Numbered from the stretch's first letter, positions 1 through 10,432 are shown. The stretch is DNA of 64,000 nt from Acidobacteriota bacterium (GCA_965248695.1 CBDFKD010000002.1:192001-256000); one strand, 5' to 3'. Numbers and translations are program-made. Notes: generated from the sequence alone by a model not told the origin.

Positions 1-645
1 CATCGGCCCGACGCCGCCGTACAACCGATACGGCAGATACAGCCCCAGGCCCCAGGCCAGCACCATCATGAAGACTCCCTGGAACGTATTGGTCCAACCG
101 ACCCCCATCACACCGCTGGCCAACACGTAGATCAGCACCACGCCGTAGGCGATCGCGGCGCCGAGCCAGTGGGGAATCCGTCCCTCGGTAACGACGCTGA
201 AGACATAGCCGGCGCCCTGCATCTGCAGCACCAAGTAGGGAATGAATGCCACCAGGCTGAGCAATGCCAGCGCCGCCGACAGCCAGCGACTGTCGAAACG
301 GTGGGCGAACAGCTCGGCCTGCGTGACGTAGCCGAACCGCCGACCGAGCCGGGCCACTCGTGGTCCATAGGCGTACCAAGGGATCAACCCGACGGTGGCG
401 TACGACAGGATGTAGAAGGCGGCCGCGCCGCGCGAGTACGCCCAGCCCGGTCCGCCGAGAAAGGAGAACGCCGAGAAGATCGACGCGCCCATGATGAAGT
501 ACATCAGCACGAAGCCGAGCGTGCGGTCGCCGGCGATGTAGCCTTCAGGGCCGCTGCTCGCGCGCCGCCCCGAGATCAGGCCCACCGCCAGCGACGCCAG
601 CAGGTAGCCGAGCGTCACGCTGAAGACCACCACCCAGGCCGGCAT
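1..645 (-). CDS. Sodium:solute symporter (SSS) family protein, runs off the left edge of the window
   Basis: Manual translation from ATG at 645: MPAWVVVFSVTLGYLLASLAVGLISG...YIAGDRTLG...ASIFSAFSFLGGPGWAYSRG...FAHRFDS...QMQGAG, typical SSS motifs. TGATG overlap with the upstream small gene. Not in the ORF track. Confidence 0.88.
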   Translation of the reverse strand, partial: MPAWVVVFSVTLGYLLASLAVGLISGRRASSGPEGYIAGDRTLGFVLMYFIMGASIFSAFSFLGGPGWAYSRGAAAFYILSYATVGLIPWYAYGPRVARLGRRFGYVTQAELFAHRFDSRWLSAALALLSLVAFIPYLVLQMQGAGYVFSVVTEGRIPHWLGAAIAYGVVLIYVLASGVMGVGWTNTFQGVFMMVLAWGLGLYLPYRLYGGVGPM

Positions 646-944
646 CAGTCGGCAAGGTCCCGGTCGGGAGTCCGCTGGTCGGGAGCATCCTCATCGAGCA
701 CTCCCTGGCGGACTTCCCATCGATACAGCGCCAGGCCGGCCAGAAACGACACCCCTACCAGTGCAGCAAGAAACGCCAACGCGAACGGCATTCCGAACAC
801 GAACGGACGGATGCGAGCGAACGGCACGTGCAGCGGCCAGACAAGGGCCGCCGACACGATCACGAACCAGCAGGTTGCAGCCCGGTAGACGCGCCGCTCC
901 CGACTGGTCAGCCGACGCGAGAAGAACCTCGGGGCGAGACGCAC
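645..944 (-). CDS. Small two-TM membrane protein (DUF3311-like partner of SSS symporters)
   Basis: Two hydrophobic segments around RIRPFVFGMPF; translationally coupled to the symporter. Start uncertain. Confidence 0.65.
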   Translation of the reverse strand: MRLAPRFFSRRLTSRERRVYRAATCWFVIVSAALVWPLHVPFARIRPFVFGMPFALAFLAALVGVSFLAGLALYRWEVRQGVLDEDAPDQRTPDRDLAD

Positions 945-951
945 GGCAGCG

Positions 952-1377
952 CTATTCCTTCCGACCGCGAACCGAACCTCGGTCGCGCTTCACCTTGGAT
1001 CGATGCCGTTTGTCGTCCAACCGACGGCGCTTGGCCGCACCGCTGGGCCGCGTCGGTCGACGCTTCTTCGGCCGCCGCAGGGCGTTTTCCAGCAGCACGC
1101 GGAAACGCTCGATGACTTCGACCCTGTTCGCCGCCTGCGAGCGCGCCGCATGTGACGAGATCTGCAATACACCGTCGTTCGATAGGCGCGCCGTCAGAGT
1201 CGATAGCAGGCGTTCGCGGTCTTCGTCGCCAAGGCTCGGAGAGCCCGTGACGTCGAACCGCAATGTGACCCGACTGGACACCTTGTTCACATGCTGGCCA
1301 CCCGGGCCACCGCCGCGAGAAGCCACAAAGCTCAGCTCCTCAGCGGGAATGGTCACCCGTTCGTTGATCTTCGGCAT
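952..1377 (-). CDS. arfB: Alternative ribosome rescue peptidyl-tRNA hydrolase ArfB (YaeJ)
   Basis: SRGGGPGGQHVNK (GGQ motif), RSQAANR, and basic C-terminal tail PKKRRPTRPSGAAKRRRLDDK. Confidence 0.95.
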   Translation of the reverse strand: MPKINERVTIPAEELSFVASRGGGPGGQHVNKVSSRVTLRFDVTGSPSLGDEDRERLLSTLTARLSNDGVLQISSHAARSQAANRVEVIERFRVLLENALRRPKKRRPTRPSGAAKRRRLDDKRHRSKVKRDRGSVRGRKE

Positions 1378-1416
1378 GGCACAAGGATAGACCGGGACGG
1401 ACTATGATCTGGCCCC

Positions 1417-2496
1417 ATGCGCGTCCGTCACGCTGAGACCTGGCGACACGACTTCACGCTCCGTGAGCCGTACACCATCGCCTACGATACCTATGACAGC
1501 GCCACCAACTTCTTCGTCCGGCTCGATACCGACACTGGCCTCAGCGGCTACGGTTGCGCCTCGCCAACGTCGGAGATAACCGGCGAGTCGATCTCCGATT
1601 GCGAGGAAGCCTTGGCGCTCCTGGCAAACGGGACGGTCAACGTCGATCCACAGCAAGGGCGCGGGCCGGCGCTGGGGAGCGAGACCACTCGCACGCCCGC
1701 CGCCGTCGCCGCCGTCGACATGGCGCTGCTGGACCTTCGAGCGCGCGCTGCCGGTGTGCCCCTTTGCGTCCTGCTCGGCGGTGCCCCGGGGAGCCTGAAC
1801 ACCTCCGTGACGCTGGGCATCGACTCGCTCGACGCGACCCTCGAGCGCGGCCGCGATCAGGTCGCCCAGGGCTTCCGTGCCTTGAAGGTCAAAGGAGGAA
1901 ACGATGTCGACGCCGATATCGCCCGTATTCGCGGCCTGCGCGAAGTGCTCGGACCTGATATCGAGATTCGATTCGACGCCAACCAGGGCTACGACGCCGA
2001 GGCTGCGCTGCGATTCGCACGCGGTGTGGCGCAAGCGGACGTAGTTGTCTTCGAGCAACCCACCACGGCGGCCGACAGCCGCGGCCTGGCTGATCTCACC
2101 GCCACCCTAGGGGCATTGCGGAAGGAGGACCCCGGCATTCCTCTCGTGCTGGCAGACGAGAGCCTGCTGGGCGTCGCCGACGCGCTGGAGTTGGTAGCCG
2201 GCGGGGTTGTCGACGGCTTCACGATGAAGCTGATGAAGGCCGGCGGTGTAACGGCCTTGCAGGCGATCGATGGCGTGGCCGCGACCGCCGGCATGCCGTG
2301 CATGTTGAGCTGTATGGACGAGGCCGCCCTCGCGATCGCAGCCGGGCTCCATTTCGCGCTGGCCGCGAGAACCATCCGCTGGGTCGATCTCGACGGCCAC
2401 CTCGACCTGCTGGACGATCCCACCGCCGCGGCGCTCAGCCTGCGCGACGGACGGCTGGCACCAGCCCCCGGGCCGGGCCTAGGGGTCCAGCTGTAG
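1417..2496 (+). CDS. Dipeptide epimerase (L-Ala-D/L-Glu epimerase-like), enolase superfamily
   Basis: KVK motif, FDANQG, FEQP, ADES, KLMKAGG and DLDG motifs. Confidence 0.88.
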   Translation: MRVRHAETWRHDFTLREPYTIAYDTYDSATNFFVRLDTDTGLSGYGCASPTSEITGESISDCEEALALLANGTVNVDPQQGRGPALGSETTRTPAAVAAVDMALLDLRARAAGVPLCVLLGGAPGSLNTSVTLGIDSLDATLERGRDQVAQGFRALKVKGGNDVDADIARIRGLREVLGPDIEIRFDANQGYDAEAALRFARGVAQADVVVFEQPTTAADSRGLADLTATLGALRKEDPGIPLVLADESLLGVADALELVAGGVVDGFTMKLMKAGGVTALQAIDGVAATAGMPCMLSCMDEAALAIAAGLHFALAARTIRWVDLDGHLDLLDDPTAAALSLRDGRLAPAPGPGLGVQL

Positions 2497-2576
2497 GCCT
2501 TTTCGGGTTACGTCAGGATTGATCAATAACGGTCAATCGCGTCCTTTAACTAATTTAAGAATGTATTTCTTTCTTC

Positions 2577-2605
2577 TTCGAACTGATGATAGGCATTCGT
2601 ATAAT
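2577..2605 (+). promoter_or_regulatory. Putative sigma70 promoter for the sensor kinase
   Basis: Perfect TATAAT at 2600-2605 in an AT-rich gap; weak -35 (TTCGAA) 17 bp upstream; GAGG before the gene. Confidence 0.4.
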
Positions 2606-2638
2606 TTCCTTGGTCTGTCCTACTGAGGATGCCTCATC

Positions 2639-4813
2639 ATGAATTCAACTCTCCAAAGTCGCCGTCGGATCGTCACGCTGCTCCGCTGGGTGATGTTCAT
2701 CGCCCTTGCGTATCTGGTCTGGGCGAGCGGCGAGGGCACCGTCGCTCTGCGCGCCGGGCTGCTCGGCGTCGTTGCGCTGTCGAACATCGTCTTGTCTCGG
2801 CTCCGACTGGCCACCTGGGAGCATCCAGCGCTACTGCCCGTCGTCGCGACGGTAGACATCAGCGTCCTGCTCGGGGCGATGGTCTCCGGGCCGGGATTCG
2901 CCCGCGACTTCTTCTTTGCGTACTTCATCATCTTGGCGGTCGTCGGACTGGCAAGTAGCCTGCGGTGGGCAATTGTCGGCACCACTCTGGCTGTGGCCGG
3001 CTACGGTGGAATCCTCGGTCTGGAACACGGCATCGTCCTGTTGCAGACGCCGAGCCTGATCGGACGCCTGGGCTTCCTGTTCAGCATCGGCGTCGGCTAT
3101 GGCGGCCTCATCGAGGCCAGCCGCGCACGCCTGCGCGAGACGCTGCTGCAGCAACAGCTACTCGGCTGGGTAGACAAGCTCCGGACAGCGTTCTCCGACG
3201 ACTTCGACGCCAACGACGTGATCCGCCAGGTCCTGGTCGACATTCAAGACGTCTACCCCGGCAATGTGCGCGCGTCGCTCGTGCAACTCGGCGACGAGAC
3301 CATGCAGGTCATCTCGTCGAGCGACGATCAGGAGGTGCGCGAGCTGGAATTGTCGGCCGAGCGATACCCCGAGCTCATGCAGGCGGTGGAGACACGTGAG
3401 CCGATCGTGATCGACGACCTTCGTAGCGATTCGTTGACCGAATCAGTTCGCGAGCTCGTCTCGGATCTGCCGTTCAACTCGCTGCTCCTGTGCCCGGTCA
3501 ACCTGGAGGATCCGACAATCGGCCATGTCGTGCTGCGTGTGGCACGCCAGAGCGGCGCCTTCAGTCCGAGCATTGTCAATACGACCCAGCACGTAGCCGA
3601 GGCGATCGGGGCGGTCTTCCGGCAGGCGAAGATGCGCGAGGCAATGGAGCGCTCCGAGAAGATGGAGATGGTCTCGCAGATCGCCATGAGCGTCTCCCAC
3701 AGTTTCAACGACATCTTGTCGACCGTGTTGCTATCGGCCGAATCACTGCGCAAGCAAGCCACTCGTCACGCTGCGTCCGGCGTCAGCGGACCCTTCGATG
3801 AGGAATCCATGTCTCGGTTCGAGACCATCGAGCTGTCCGTCAAGGAGGGTCTGACGATCGTCGAGCGTCTGGCGGCCTGGACCCAGGTCGACGGCTCGAC
3901 GCCACAGGAACTCAACGGTCAGGCGATCGAGCCGCGGGCCATCCTCGAAGAGGCCTGGAAGTACGCCCGCCCGCACTGGGCTCGGCGCGAGGCCACGCGC
4001 GGCCTCGAGCTGAAACTTGAGGTCGAAGAGACCCGTGCCGTCGAGGGCAGCCAGCCGGAGCTACGCGAAGTGCTGCTCAACCTGATGATCAACGCAGTCG
4101 ATGCCATGCCGAAAGGCGGCACCATGACGCTGCGCCTCAGGGAGGTCGGCGAGCAGGTCGTCTTCAGCGTCGAGGATACGGGCACTGGAATGTCCGAGGA
4201 GACCCTCGAGCGCATCTTCGACCCGCTCTTCACGACCAAGGGTAAGGCGGGCACCGGCCTCGGCCTGCCGACTGCCCAGTCGGTCGCTGACCGGCACGGC
4301 GGCAAGCTCTCCGCCAAGAGTCAGGAGGGCGTCGGTAGTTGCTTCACCCTGGCCTTGCCGGCGTCTTCGAAGACCGTGGGAGCCGACACACAGAGTGAGA
4401 CCGCTGGAGACGACACCGGCGCCGCCGCAAACCAGCGCGTGTTGCTGGTCGAGCCCAACGAGCTGGTTCGCGACGTGATGCTGCGCGTGCTGCAGGGCGC
4501 CGGATTGCACGTCGATGTGGTGGCCGACCTCGATGAAGCAGAGGTCATGCTCGGTACCGACCGCGCCTATTGTGGGCTGGTGGTCGACGCTGCCGTCGGT
4601 GGCGACGACCTGCCGGACTTCCTCGGCGAGATGCACACCATGGACCCTGAGCTCGCAGCGCGGGTCTTGCTCTACAGCAACGGCGGCATGACAACCGAAA
4701 TGAAGGAATTGCAGCAGACGTTCGGCGTATCGTGTGTCGACCGCTCGGCCGGCCTCGCTGTGCTGAGCGACGCGCTGGGCATCATCACGGCAAGGGACAG
4801 CGCCGCCGCCTGA
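2639..4813 (+). CDS. Membrane-bound hybrid sensor histidine kinase (TM + GAF + HisKA + HATPase + degenerate receiver)
   Basis: About 6 TM segments, a GAF-like region, H-box VSHSFNDIL, N-box LLNLMINAVDA, DTGTGM, FTTK..GTGLGL, and a C-terminal RVLLVE receiver fold. Confidence 0.9.
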   Translation: MNSTLQSRRRIVTLLRWVMFIALAYLVWASGEGTVALRAGLLGVVALSNIVLSRLRLATWEHPALLPVVATVDISVLLGAMVSGPGFARDFFFAYFIILAVVGLASSLRWAIVGTTLAVAGYGGILGLEHGIVLLQTPSLIGRLGFLFSIGVGYGGLIEASRARLRETLLQQQLLGWVDKLRTAFSDDFDANDVIRQVLVDIQDVYPGNVRASLVQLGDETMQVISSSDDQEVRELELSAERYPELMQAVETREPIVIDDLRSDSLTESVRELVSDLPFNSLLLCPVNLEDPTIGHVVLRVARQSGAFSPSIVNTTQHVAEAIGAVFRQAKMREAMERSEKMEMVSQIAMSVSHSFNDILSTVLLSAESLRKQATRHAASGVSGPFDEESMSRFETIELSVKEGLTIVERLAAWTQVDGSTPQELNGQAIEPRAILEEAWKYARPHWARREATRGLELKLEVEETRAVEGSQPELREVLLNLMINAVDAMPKGGTMTLRLREVGEQVVFSVEDTGTGMSEETLERIFDPLFTTKGKAGTGLGLPTAQSVADRHGGKLSAKSQEGVGSCFTLALPASSKTVGADTQSETAGDDTGAAANQRVLLVEPNELVRDVMLRVLQGAGLHVDVVADLDEAEVMLGTDRAYCGLVVDAAVGGDDLPDFLGEMHTMDPELAARVLLYSNGGMTTEMKELQQTFGVSCVDRSAGLAVLSDALGIITARDSAAA

Positions 4814-4907
4814 CGACACCGAGATCTGGGACACCGGTCCGTAAGACGACCCACACCCCGCCGTCGGCCGACCCGCGTAGGCCGTATGGTCTGCCGCTGT
4901 AGTCGAC

Positions 4908-6287
4908 TCAGGTCACGACGGTGGGAATCCAGCCGTTGCGGCGCGCCAACGCGTATACGAACCCTCCGACGACGAGCGTGGCGAGCGCGGCCGTGGTCGG
5001 ACCCGGGGTCGAGATCAGACCCTGCACCCAGGCGGCGACGGTTATCGCAATGAAGATGAGCCCCGGGACCGGATGCCATGGGGTCACAAAGGCGCCCGGC
5101 GGGACCGCTTCAGCTCGCCGACGGACAACGAACAGCGTCGAGATCGTCAGTGCATTGAACAGTAGCAAGGATGACCCGATGTAGATCAGCAACGCTTCGA
5201 ACGCTCCGGTCAACGCTAGCAGCGCGGCAAGCAAGCCCTGCGCCACGATCGCGATCACGGGTACCCGGCCCGATGACGAGAGACGCCCCATGGGCTGAGG
5301 GGCAAGGCCATCGCGAGCCATCGCGAAGTAGATCCTCGGCCCCACCGCCGTCATGGCGCTCACCGAGGCAAACATCGCCAGCGCGATGATGGCGCTCACC
5401 GTCAGCGAGCCCCCGGCTCCCAGGAGACGTGCCGCCGCTACCTGGCCGACGGCGATCACGGGTTCCCAATCGGCTTCCGGAATGGCGTAGAAGAACAGGA
5501 CGTTGACTGCCAGATACAGCGCTGTCACGGCGAGCGCGCCACCTACGATCGCCCGCGGTAGGTTGCGTCCCGGCCGCTTGACCTCGCCGGCCATGTAGGC
5601 GGCGGCGTTCCATCCGGCATACGCGTAGCTCACCGGTAGCAGCGCGGCCCACCAGCTGCCCTGCGCCGTACCGACCGCGCGCAAGCCGCTCCAGTCACCC
5701 CGACCGCCGGCGAAGCCCACCGCCACGAACAGCGCAATGGCGGCGACCACCACGGTGGCCAGCGTCGTCTGGAACCAACCGCTCGATCGGACCCCGAGGC
5801 TGTGTACTACCGTCAGCGCGAGCACCACGATCGCCGCCGCGGCGGCGCCCTGCGTCACGCCCAGGTTGGCGATCAGGGCGGCATCCGAGTTCCAGCTCGG
5901 GATCAACGGCGCCACGTAGGCGGTCATCCCGAGCGCCGATGCGGCCACCGCGGCCGAGAACCCGACGATGAAGGAGGTCCACCCGCTGAGGAAGCCCCAC
6001 AGGGGACCGAAGACGCGTGCCAGGTAGCGGTACTCTCCCCCGGCTCCCGGCATGCGCGTGGCGAGTTCGGCGTAGCACAGCGCGCCACACAGACCCAACA
6101 AACCGGCGACCGCCCACACTCCGAGTGCCGCCGGCGCGCTGCCAGCCGCCACCCGGACGAAGGCCGGCAACGTGAAGATTCCTGTGCCGACCATGTTGGT
6201 CACCACGAATGCGCCCGCCCCGACGGCACTCAGGCTTCGCACCAAGCCATCGCTGGTTGGTTCGTGCTTGCTCACCCCGTCTGCCAC
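4908..6287 (-). CDS. APC-family amino acid permease
   Basis: NMVGTGIF, YAELATRMPGAGGEY, YAGW, GEVKRPGRNLPRA, PRIYFAMARDG. GTG start at 6287 is inferred. Confidence 0.92.
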   Translation of the reverse strand: MADGVSKHEPTSDGLVRSLSAVGAGAFVVTNMVGTGIFTLPAFVRVAAGSAPAALGVWAVAGLLGLCGALCYAELATRMPGAGGEYRYLARVFGPLWGFLSGWTSFIVGFSAAVAASALGMTAYVAPLIPSWNSDAALIANLGVTQGAAAAAIVVLALTVVHSLGVRSSGWFQTTLATVVVAAIALFVAVGFAGGRGDWSGLRAVGTAQGSWWAALLPVSYAYAGWNAAAYMAGEVKRPGRNLPRAIVGGALAVTALYLAVNVLFFYAIPEADWEPVIAVGQVAAARLLGAGGSLTVSAIIALAMFASVSAMTAVGPRIYFAMARDGLAPQPMGRLSSSGRVPVIAIVAQGLLAALLALTGAFEALLIYIGSSLLLFNALTISTLFVVRRRAEAVPPGAFVTPWHPVPGLIFIAITVAAWVQGLISTPGPTTAALATLVVGGFVYALARRNGWIPTVVT

Positions 6288-6489
6288 TCCATTGTCCCCA
6301 CCGCACGTGGTTGAACAGCTTCGTCGTCTGGCGCGGCTGCGACCCGCCACGCCGCGCCCTCGGGAGTCGCCAGGGTAGCCGAGGCAGCCTCAGTGTATCG
6401 GGAGCGGCTGCCGAAACGACCGATCCGGGCACCGTTGACGCGCTCCGCGAGCCTATGCGCGTTGGCGGCGCGCGGACTACTCTTGGTGC

Positions 6490-8106
6490 ATGGGCACCGA
6501 ACGTCCGGCGCGACTGGACGAACGCACGGCGAACACGCGCGTAACTCTCGTCCAGGCGACCAACGGGACGGGGGCTACCCCTGCCTCCACCCTCCTGCGA
6601 ACTCGGCTGCGGACCGTCGCCCTGCTCATCCTCGTAGCGTTGATGTTGTGGCTGCTGCGAGGTCCGTTCATCGCCGGCCAGGCGTATTCCGGCGTCCAGC
6701 TGGCGACGATCGGGGCCCTGGCGACGGCGACCGCGCTGCTGTGGTCACGCATCGTTTTCTCCCGACTCTGGCTTCGGGTCGCCGAGGGTGCCGTGTTTCT
6801 CCTCACCACCGGCGGCATCTCGGCCCATGCTTATCTGCTGGTGCGCGACCGCGCCCTGGCCGGCAATCAGCTGCTGGTACAGGGGCAGCTCTACGCCCTG
6901 GTCATCGCCACCAGCGCGCTGGTGGTAGCTCACGGCATGCTGCTGCCGAAGACCTGGAGGTCGACGCTCGCGTTCACGATTCCGATGGCGGCGATTCCTC
7001 TGGCCACGCTCGCAATGATGTCGAGGCTCGAACCCGCGGCGTTCGTCACCGTCCGGTCGATTCTGAGCTTCGAAACGGTCACCGATCTCGGCATGGTGCT
7101 GGTCGCCTCGCTGGCCGGCGGGGCGACGGGCACGCAGATTATCTACTCGTTGCGCCGAGCAGCGACCGCCGCTCGCGACCTGGGCCAGTACCAGCTGCAG
7201 GAGCGCATCGCCAGCGGTGGCATGGGCGAGATCTGGCGCGCCAGCCACCGTTTCCTGGCCCGTCCGGCCGCCATCAAGGTGATTCACCCCGACAAGGTCA
7301 GCCCGCTGGGCGGTGACTCAGCCGCGAAGGTGCTCGAACGATTCGAGAAGGAGGCCCAGACCACCGCCCGTCTGGAGTCGCTCAACACGGTGCGGATCTA
7401 CGACTTCGGCCGCACCGACAGCGGCGAGTTCTACTACGCGATGGAGCTACTCGAAGGTCTCGACCTGGAGCTCATGGTGGAACGCTACGGGCCGGTATCA
7501 CCAGGGCGCGCGATCCATTTCATGACCCAGGCGTGTGACTCGCTCTCGGAAGCACATTCCCTCGGCCAGGTACACCGCGACGTCAAACCATCGAATCTCT
7601 TCGTCTGCAAGGTCGGCCTTACCTACGACGTGCTCAAGGTGCTCGACTTCGGCCTGGTGACCCGGGCCGGCAGCGAGAAAGCGCGCGATCTGCGGCTCGA
7701 AGGCTCCGAAGGCCTGGCCGGGACGCCTGCCTACATGGCCCCCGAGCAGGTGCTCGCTGACACCACCATCGACGAGCGCGCCGACATCTACGCCCTGGGC
7801 TGCGTCGGATACTGGCTGCTGAGCGGTCACACCGTGTTCGACATCGACCGCCCGCTGGCGATGGCAGTGGCACACGTCAAGGCGCCCCCGATGTCCCTGT
7901 CTCGACGCACCGAGATCGCTGTACCTGCCGACCTTGAAGCGTTGATCATGCAGTGCCTCGAGAAAGATCCCGCCGCTCGACCTCAAAGCGCCGAGGCCCT
8001 CGCCGACCAGCTGACCGCGTGCGGCGACGCCACCGGGTGGTTGCCACCACAAGCGCGCGAATGGTGGCGCCGACATCGGCCGTTGGAGGGCGACCCGGGC
8101 ACGTAG
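6490..8106 (+). CDS. Hanks-type Ser/Thr protein kinase with N-terminal multi-TM region
   Basis: IASGGMGEIW, AAIK, HRDVKPSN, DFG, GTPAYMAPE, DIYALG; about 6 TM helices before the kinase domain. Confidence 0.93.
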   Translation: MGTERPARLDERTANTRVTLVQATNGTGATPASTLLRTRLRTVALLILVALMLWLLRGPFIAGQAYSGVQLATIGALATATALLWSRIVFSRLWLRVAEGAVFLLTTGGISAHAYLLVRDRALAGNQLLVQGQLYALVIATSALVVAHGMLLPKTWRSTLAFTIPMAAIPLATLAMMSRLEPAAFVTVRSILSFETVTDLGMVLVASLAGGATGTQIIYSLRRAATAARDLGQYQLQERIASGGMGEIWRASHRFLARPAAIKVIHPDKVSPLGGDSAAKVLERFEKEAQTTARLESLNTVRIYDFGRTDSGEFYYAMELLEGLDLELMVERYGPVSPGRAIHFMTQACDSLSEAHSLGQVHRDVKPSNLFVCKVGLTYDVLKVLDFGLVTRAGSEKARDLRLEGSEGLAGTPAYMAPEQVLADTTIDERADIYALGCVGYWLLSGHTVFDIDRPLAMAVAHVKAPPMSLSRRTEIAVPADLEALIMQCLEKDPAARPQSAEALADQLTACGDATGWLPPQAREWWRRHRPLEGDPGT

Positions 8107-8315
8107 CAGGCCGTGGCGGTGGTGCCGGGTTCAACAGCAGTTTCCGGCTACGACCAGCCACCGGCAAACTAGCGACTACCGGTGTTCGCTTGCGGGACAC
8201 CGCCTTCCATTTTGCCGGCGCCACTCGGATACTTGCTGCACTCCCCTTCGGCACGTCCGTGGGGTGATCTGTGCCATGGGGGCAACAGGCGCCAACCGAG
8301 CCACGGAGGAATCTC

Positions 8316-8741
8316 ATGGCGAAGATCGAACGGAAGCACGAAGTCATCGACGGTCCTCTGACCGAGGAGCTGCTGCACTCCAAAACGGCAGACGGCTGGC
8401 GCGCCCTGGCGGTCGTGTGGGAACGCACGGTAGAGGGAGAGGAGGAGGACGCTTCGACGCAGGCGGTACCCTACGGCCTGCGAGTCGCGGCAGACTGTGC
8501 CACCCTCGAGCCGGCGGTCGACGAGATCAAGGCGATGATCCACATGCTGAAAATGATCGTCGACGACAAGGGCTTCGGACAGATCGCCCAGGAGCTAAAC
8601 GAGGCGGGGTTCCGGACACGTCGTGGCGGCGAGTGGAACCAGACTTCCGTGTTCCAGATGCTGCCGCGCCTGATCGAGGTCGCACCGAGCATCTACTCGA
8701 GCGACGACTGGTTGGCTCTCAAGCCGCATTTGACGCTCTAG
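8316..8741 (+). CDS. Stand-alone Recombinase-domain (serine recombinase DNA-binding-like) protein
   Basis: PYG...IAQELNEAGFRTRRGGEWNQTSV resembles the DNA-binding Recombinase domain; no resolvase catalytic domain. GGAGG RBS before ATG 8316. Confidence 0.7.
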   Translation: MAKIERKHEVIDGPLTEELLHSKTADGWRALAVVWERTVEGEEEDASTQAVPYGLRVAADCATLEPAVDEIKAMIHMLKMIVDDKGFGQIAQELNEAGFRTRRGGEWNQTSVFQMLPRLIEVAPSIYSSDDWLALKPHLTL

Positions 8742-8831
8742 CAGGCCCGCCTCGATCGGCCACCATCTCGACCAGGGGCATCGGGGCGAGAACGGGTGCT
8801 ACCCTGCCTCCGATCAGGAGGCCGGGCGACG

Positions 8832-10349
8832 ATGAAACAGAGCTTTTCTGCCGCGGCGGCCCAGCTCGTGCATCTGTCGGGCCCGGACCGCGGCCGTACG
8901 CGTCGCGTCTTCGGTACCACGCACCTCGTGCCAGCGAACGGTGGGCGGCTGAAGCTCGTCTACGGAGCACCACAGGTTGACGAGCGACCGATCGCCTCGC
9001 TGGTGCCCGACGACAGAGGGTGGCGCCTGGAGCTCCCCGCCGACACCGACGCGTGGGTAAACGGTACACGCGCCGGAAACCGATCGCTTGGCGCTGGCGA
9101 TCTCATCGAGATCGGTGATCCTGGCCTGCTGCTGCGCTTTCGCCCGCGCCCTCCAGGCAACGCCTACAAGAGCGTTCGCGAGGCATTCGACGACTGCATC
9201 GACTGTGTGAAGCTGGGCGGCAGCGGGATACTCGACAACCTCGGCCTGCTGCTCTGGGGGCCGATGCACGAGCTCACCACCCAAGTCCGCCCGCTGGTCC
9301 GCCTGGCGGTAGTGCTGGGGGTGGCGTCGCTGGTAGCCGGTGTCGGGGTGCTATGGAATCGCAACGCCCGGCTGGAGCGACAGCTCGACGCACAGCTGCA
9401 GCGCATCGAGGGAATGGCGGAGTTGCTGGCGGCTTCCGAGCGTGACGTCTTCACCCTCGACGACTTCACGGACGTGCGGGCGCAGCTCGACTTCCGCATC
9501 AGCGACACGCTGGCGAGGATCGAGGCACTCGAGAACCGCGCTACGGCCCGCGGTCGAGTGATCTCGGAGGCCTCGGCGGCTGTCGTATTCGTCCAGGGGG
9601 CGTACGGTTTCGTGGAGCCGCGCAGCGGGCGACTGTTGCGGTCGCCGAGCGCCGCAGGGGGCGACGTATCGGCTCCGCTCGGGATAGATGGAGACGGTTC
9701 GCCGCTCGAGCTGCGATACACCGGTACGGGCTTCGTACTCGCGGAGACGGGCCTCGTGGCCACGAATCGCCATGTAGCGCTGCCCTGGGAGTCCGAACCT
9801 GCGGCGCGGCGCCTCATCGAGCAGGGCTTCACTCCGACGATGCAACGGCTGGTCGGCTACCTTCCCGACCTCGAAGAGCCGTTCGACCTCACGGTCGTGG
9901 CCGGCCACGCGCAGGCCGACGTCGCCATCCTCCGTCGCAGTGGCACGGCCGCCAGTGGCGCCGGTCTCCGCCTTGCGGCCGATGCGCCCGAGATCGGCGA
10001 CGAGGTGCTCGTCCTCGGCTACCCAACCGGGATCCGGGCAGTCCTGGCGCGCGCCGATCCGACGTTCGTTGCCGGTCTCCTCGCCCACGGACCGGTCGGA
10101 TTCTGGGACCTCGCCGATCACCTTGCACGTGGCGGCTACGTGGCCCCGCTCGCCACCGTCGGCGGCATCGGGCAAATCACGGCGGGTGCCATCGTGTATG
10201 ACGCGGAGACAACACACGGCGGCTCAGGCGGCCCGGTGCTGGCGCTCGACGGTACTGTGGTGGCAGTCAACGCCGCCGTGCTGCCCGAGTTCAGCGGCTC
10301 CAACCTGGGCGTTCCGATTCAGCGCGTCAGAGAGCTGATAACGCCCTAG
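8832..10349 (+). CDS. Degenerate FHA + TM + coiled coil + trypsin-like serine protease
   Basis: FHA-like WVNG...LGAGDLIEIG; catalytic triad ATNRHV / DVAIL / THGGSGGP; AGGAGG RBS. Confidence 0.85.
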   Translation: MKQSFSAAAAQLVHLSGPDRGRTRRVFGTTHLVPANGGRLKLVYGAPQVDERPIASLVPDDRGWRLELPADTDAWVNGTRAGNRSLGAGDLIEIGDPGLLLRFRPRPPGNAYKSVREAFDDCIDCVKLGGSGILDNLGLLLWGPMHELTTQVRPLVRLAVVLGVASLVAGVGVLWNRNARLERQLDAQLQRIEGMAELLAASERDVFTLDDFTDVRAQLDFRISDTLARIEALENRATARGRVISEASAAVVFVQGAYGFVEPRSGRLLRSPSAAGGDVSAPLGIDGDGSPLELRYTGTGFVLAETGLVATNRHVALPWESEPAARRLIEQGFTPTMQRLVGYLPDLEEPFDLTVVAGHAQADVAILRRSGTAASGAGLRLAADAPEIGDEVLVLGYPTGIRAVLARADPTFVAGLLAHGPVGFWDLADHLARGGYVAPLATVGGIGQITAGAIVYDAETTHGGSGGPVLALDGTVVAVNAAVLPEFSGSNLGVPIQRVRELITP

Positions 10350-10432
10350 TGGACCTCTAGCAGGCCGTGGTGGAAGTGTGGCGGGCCGGGCGGTAAGGCC
10401 CGGCGACGTCATGCCGGCAGATGCCGCGACCG

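Noticed and set aside
8316-8741. Active serine integrase marking a prophage or island
   Set aside because: No catalytic resolvase domain, att sites or phage genes nearby.
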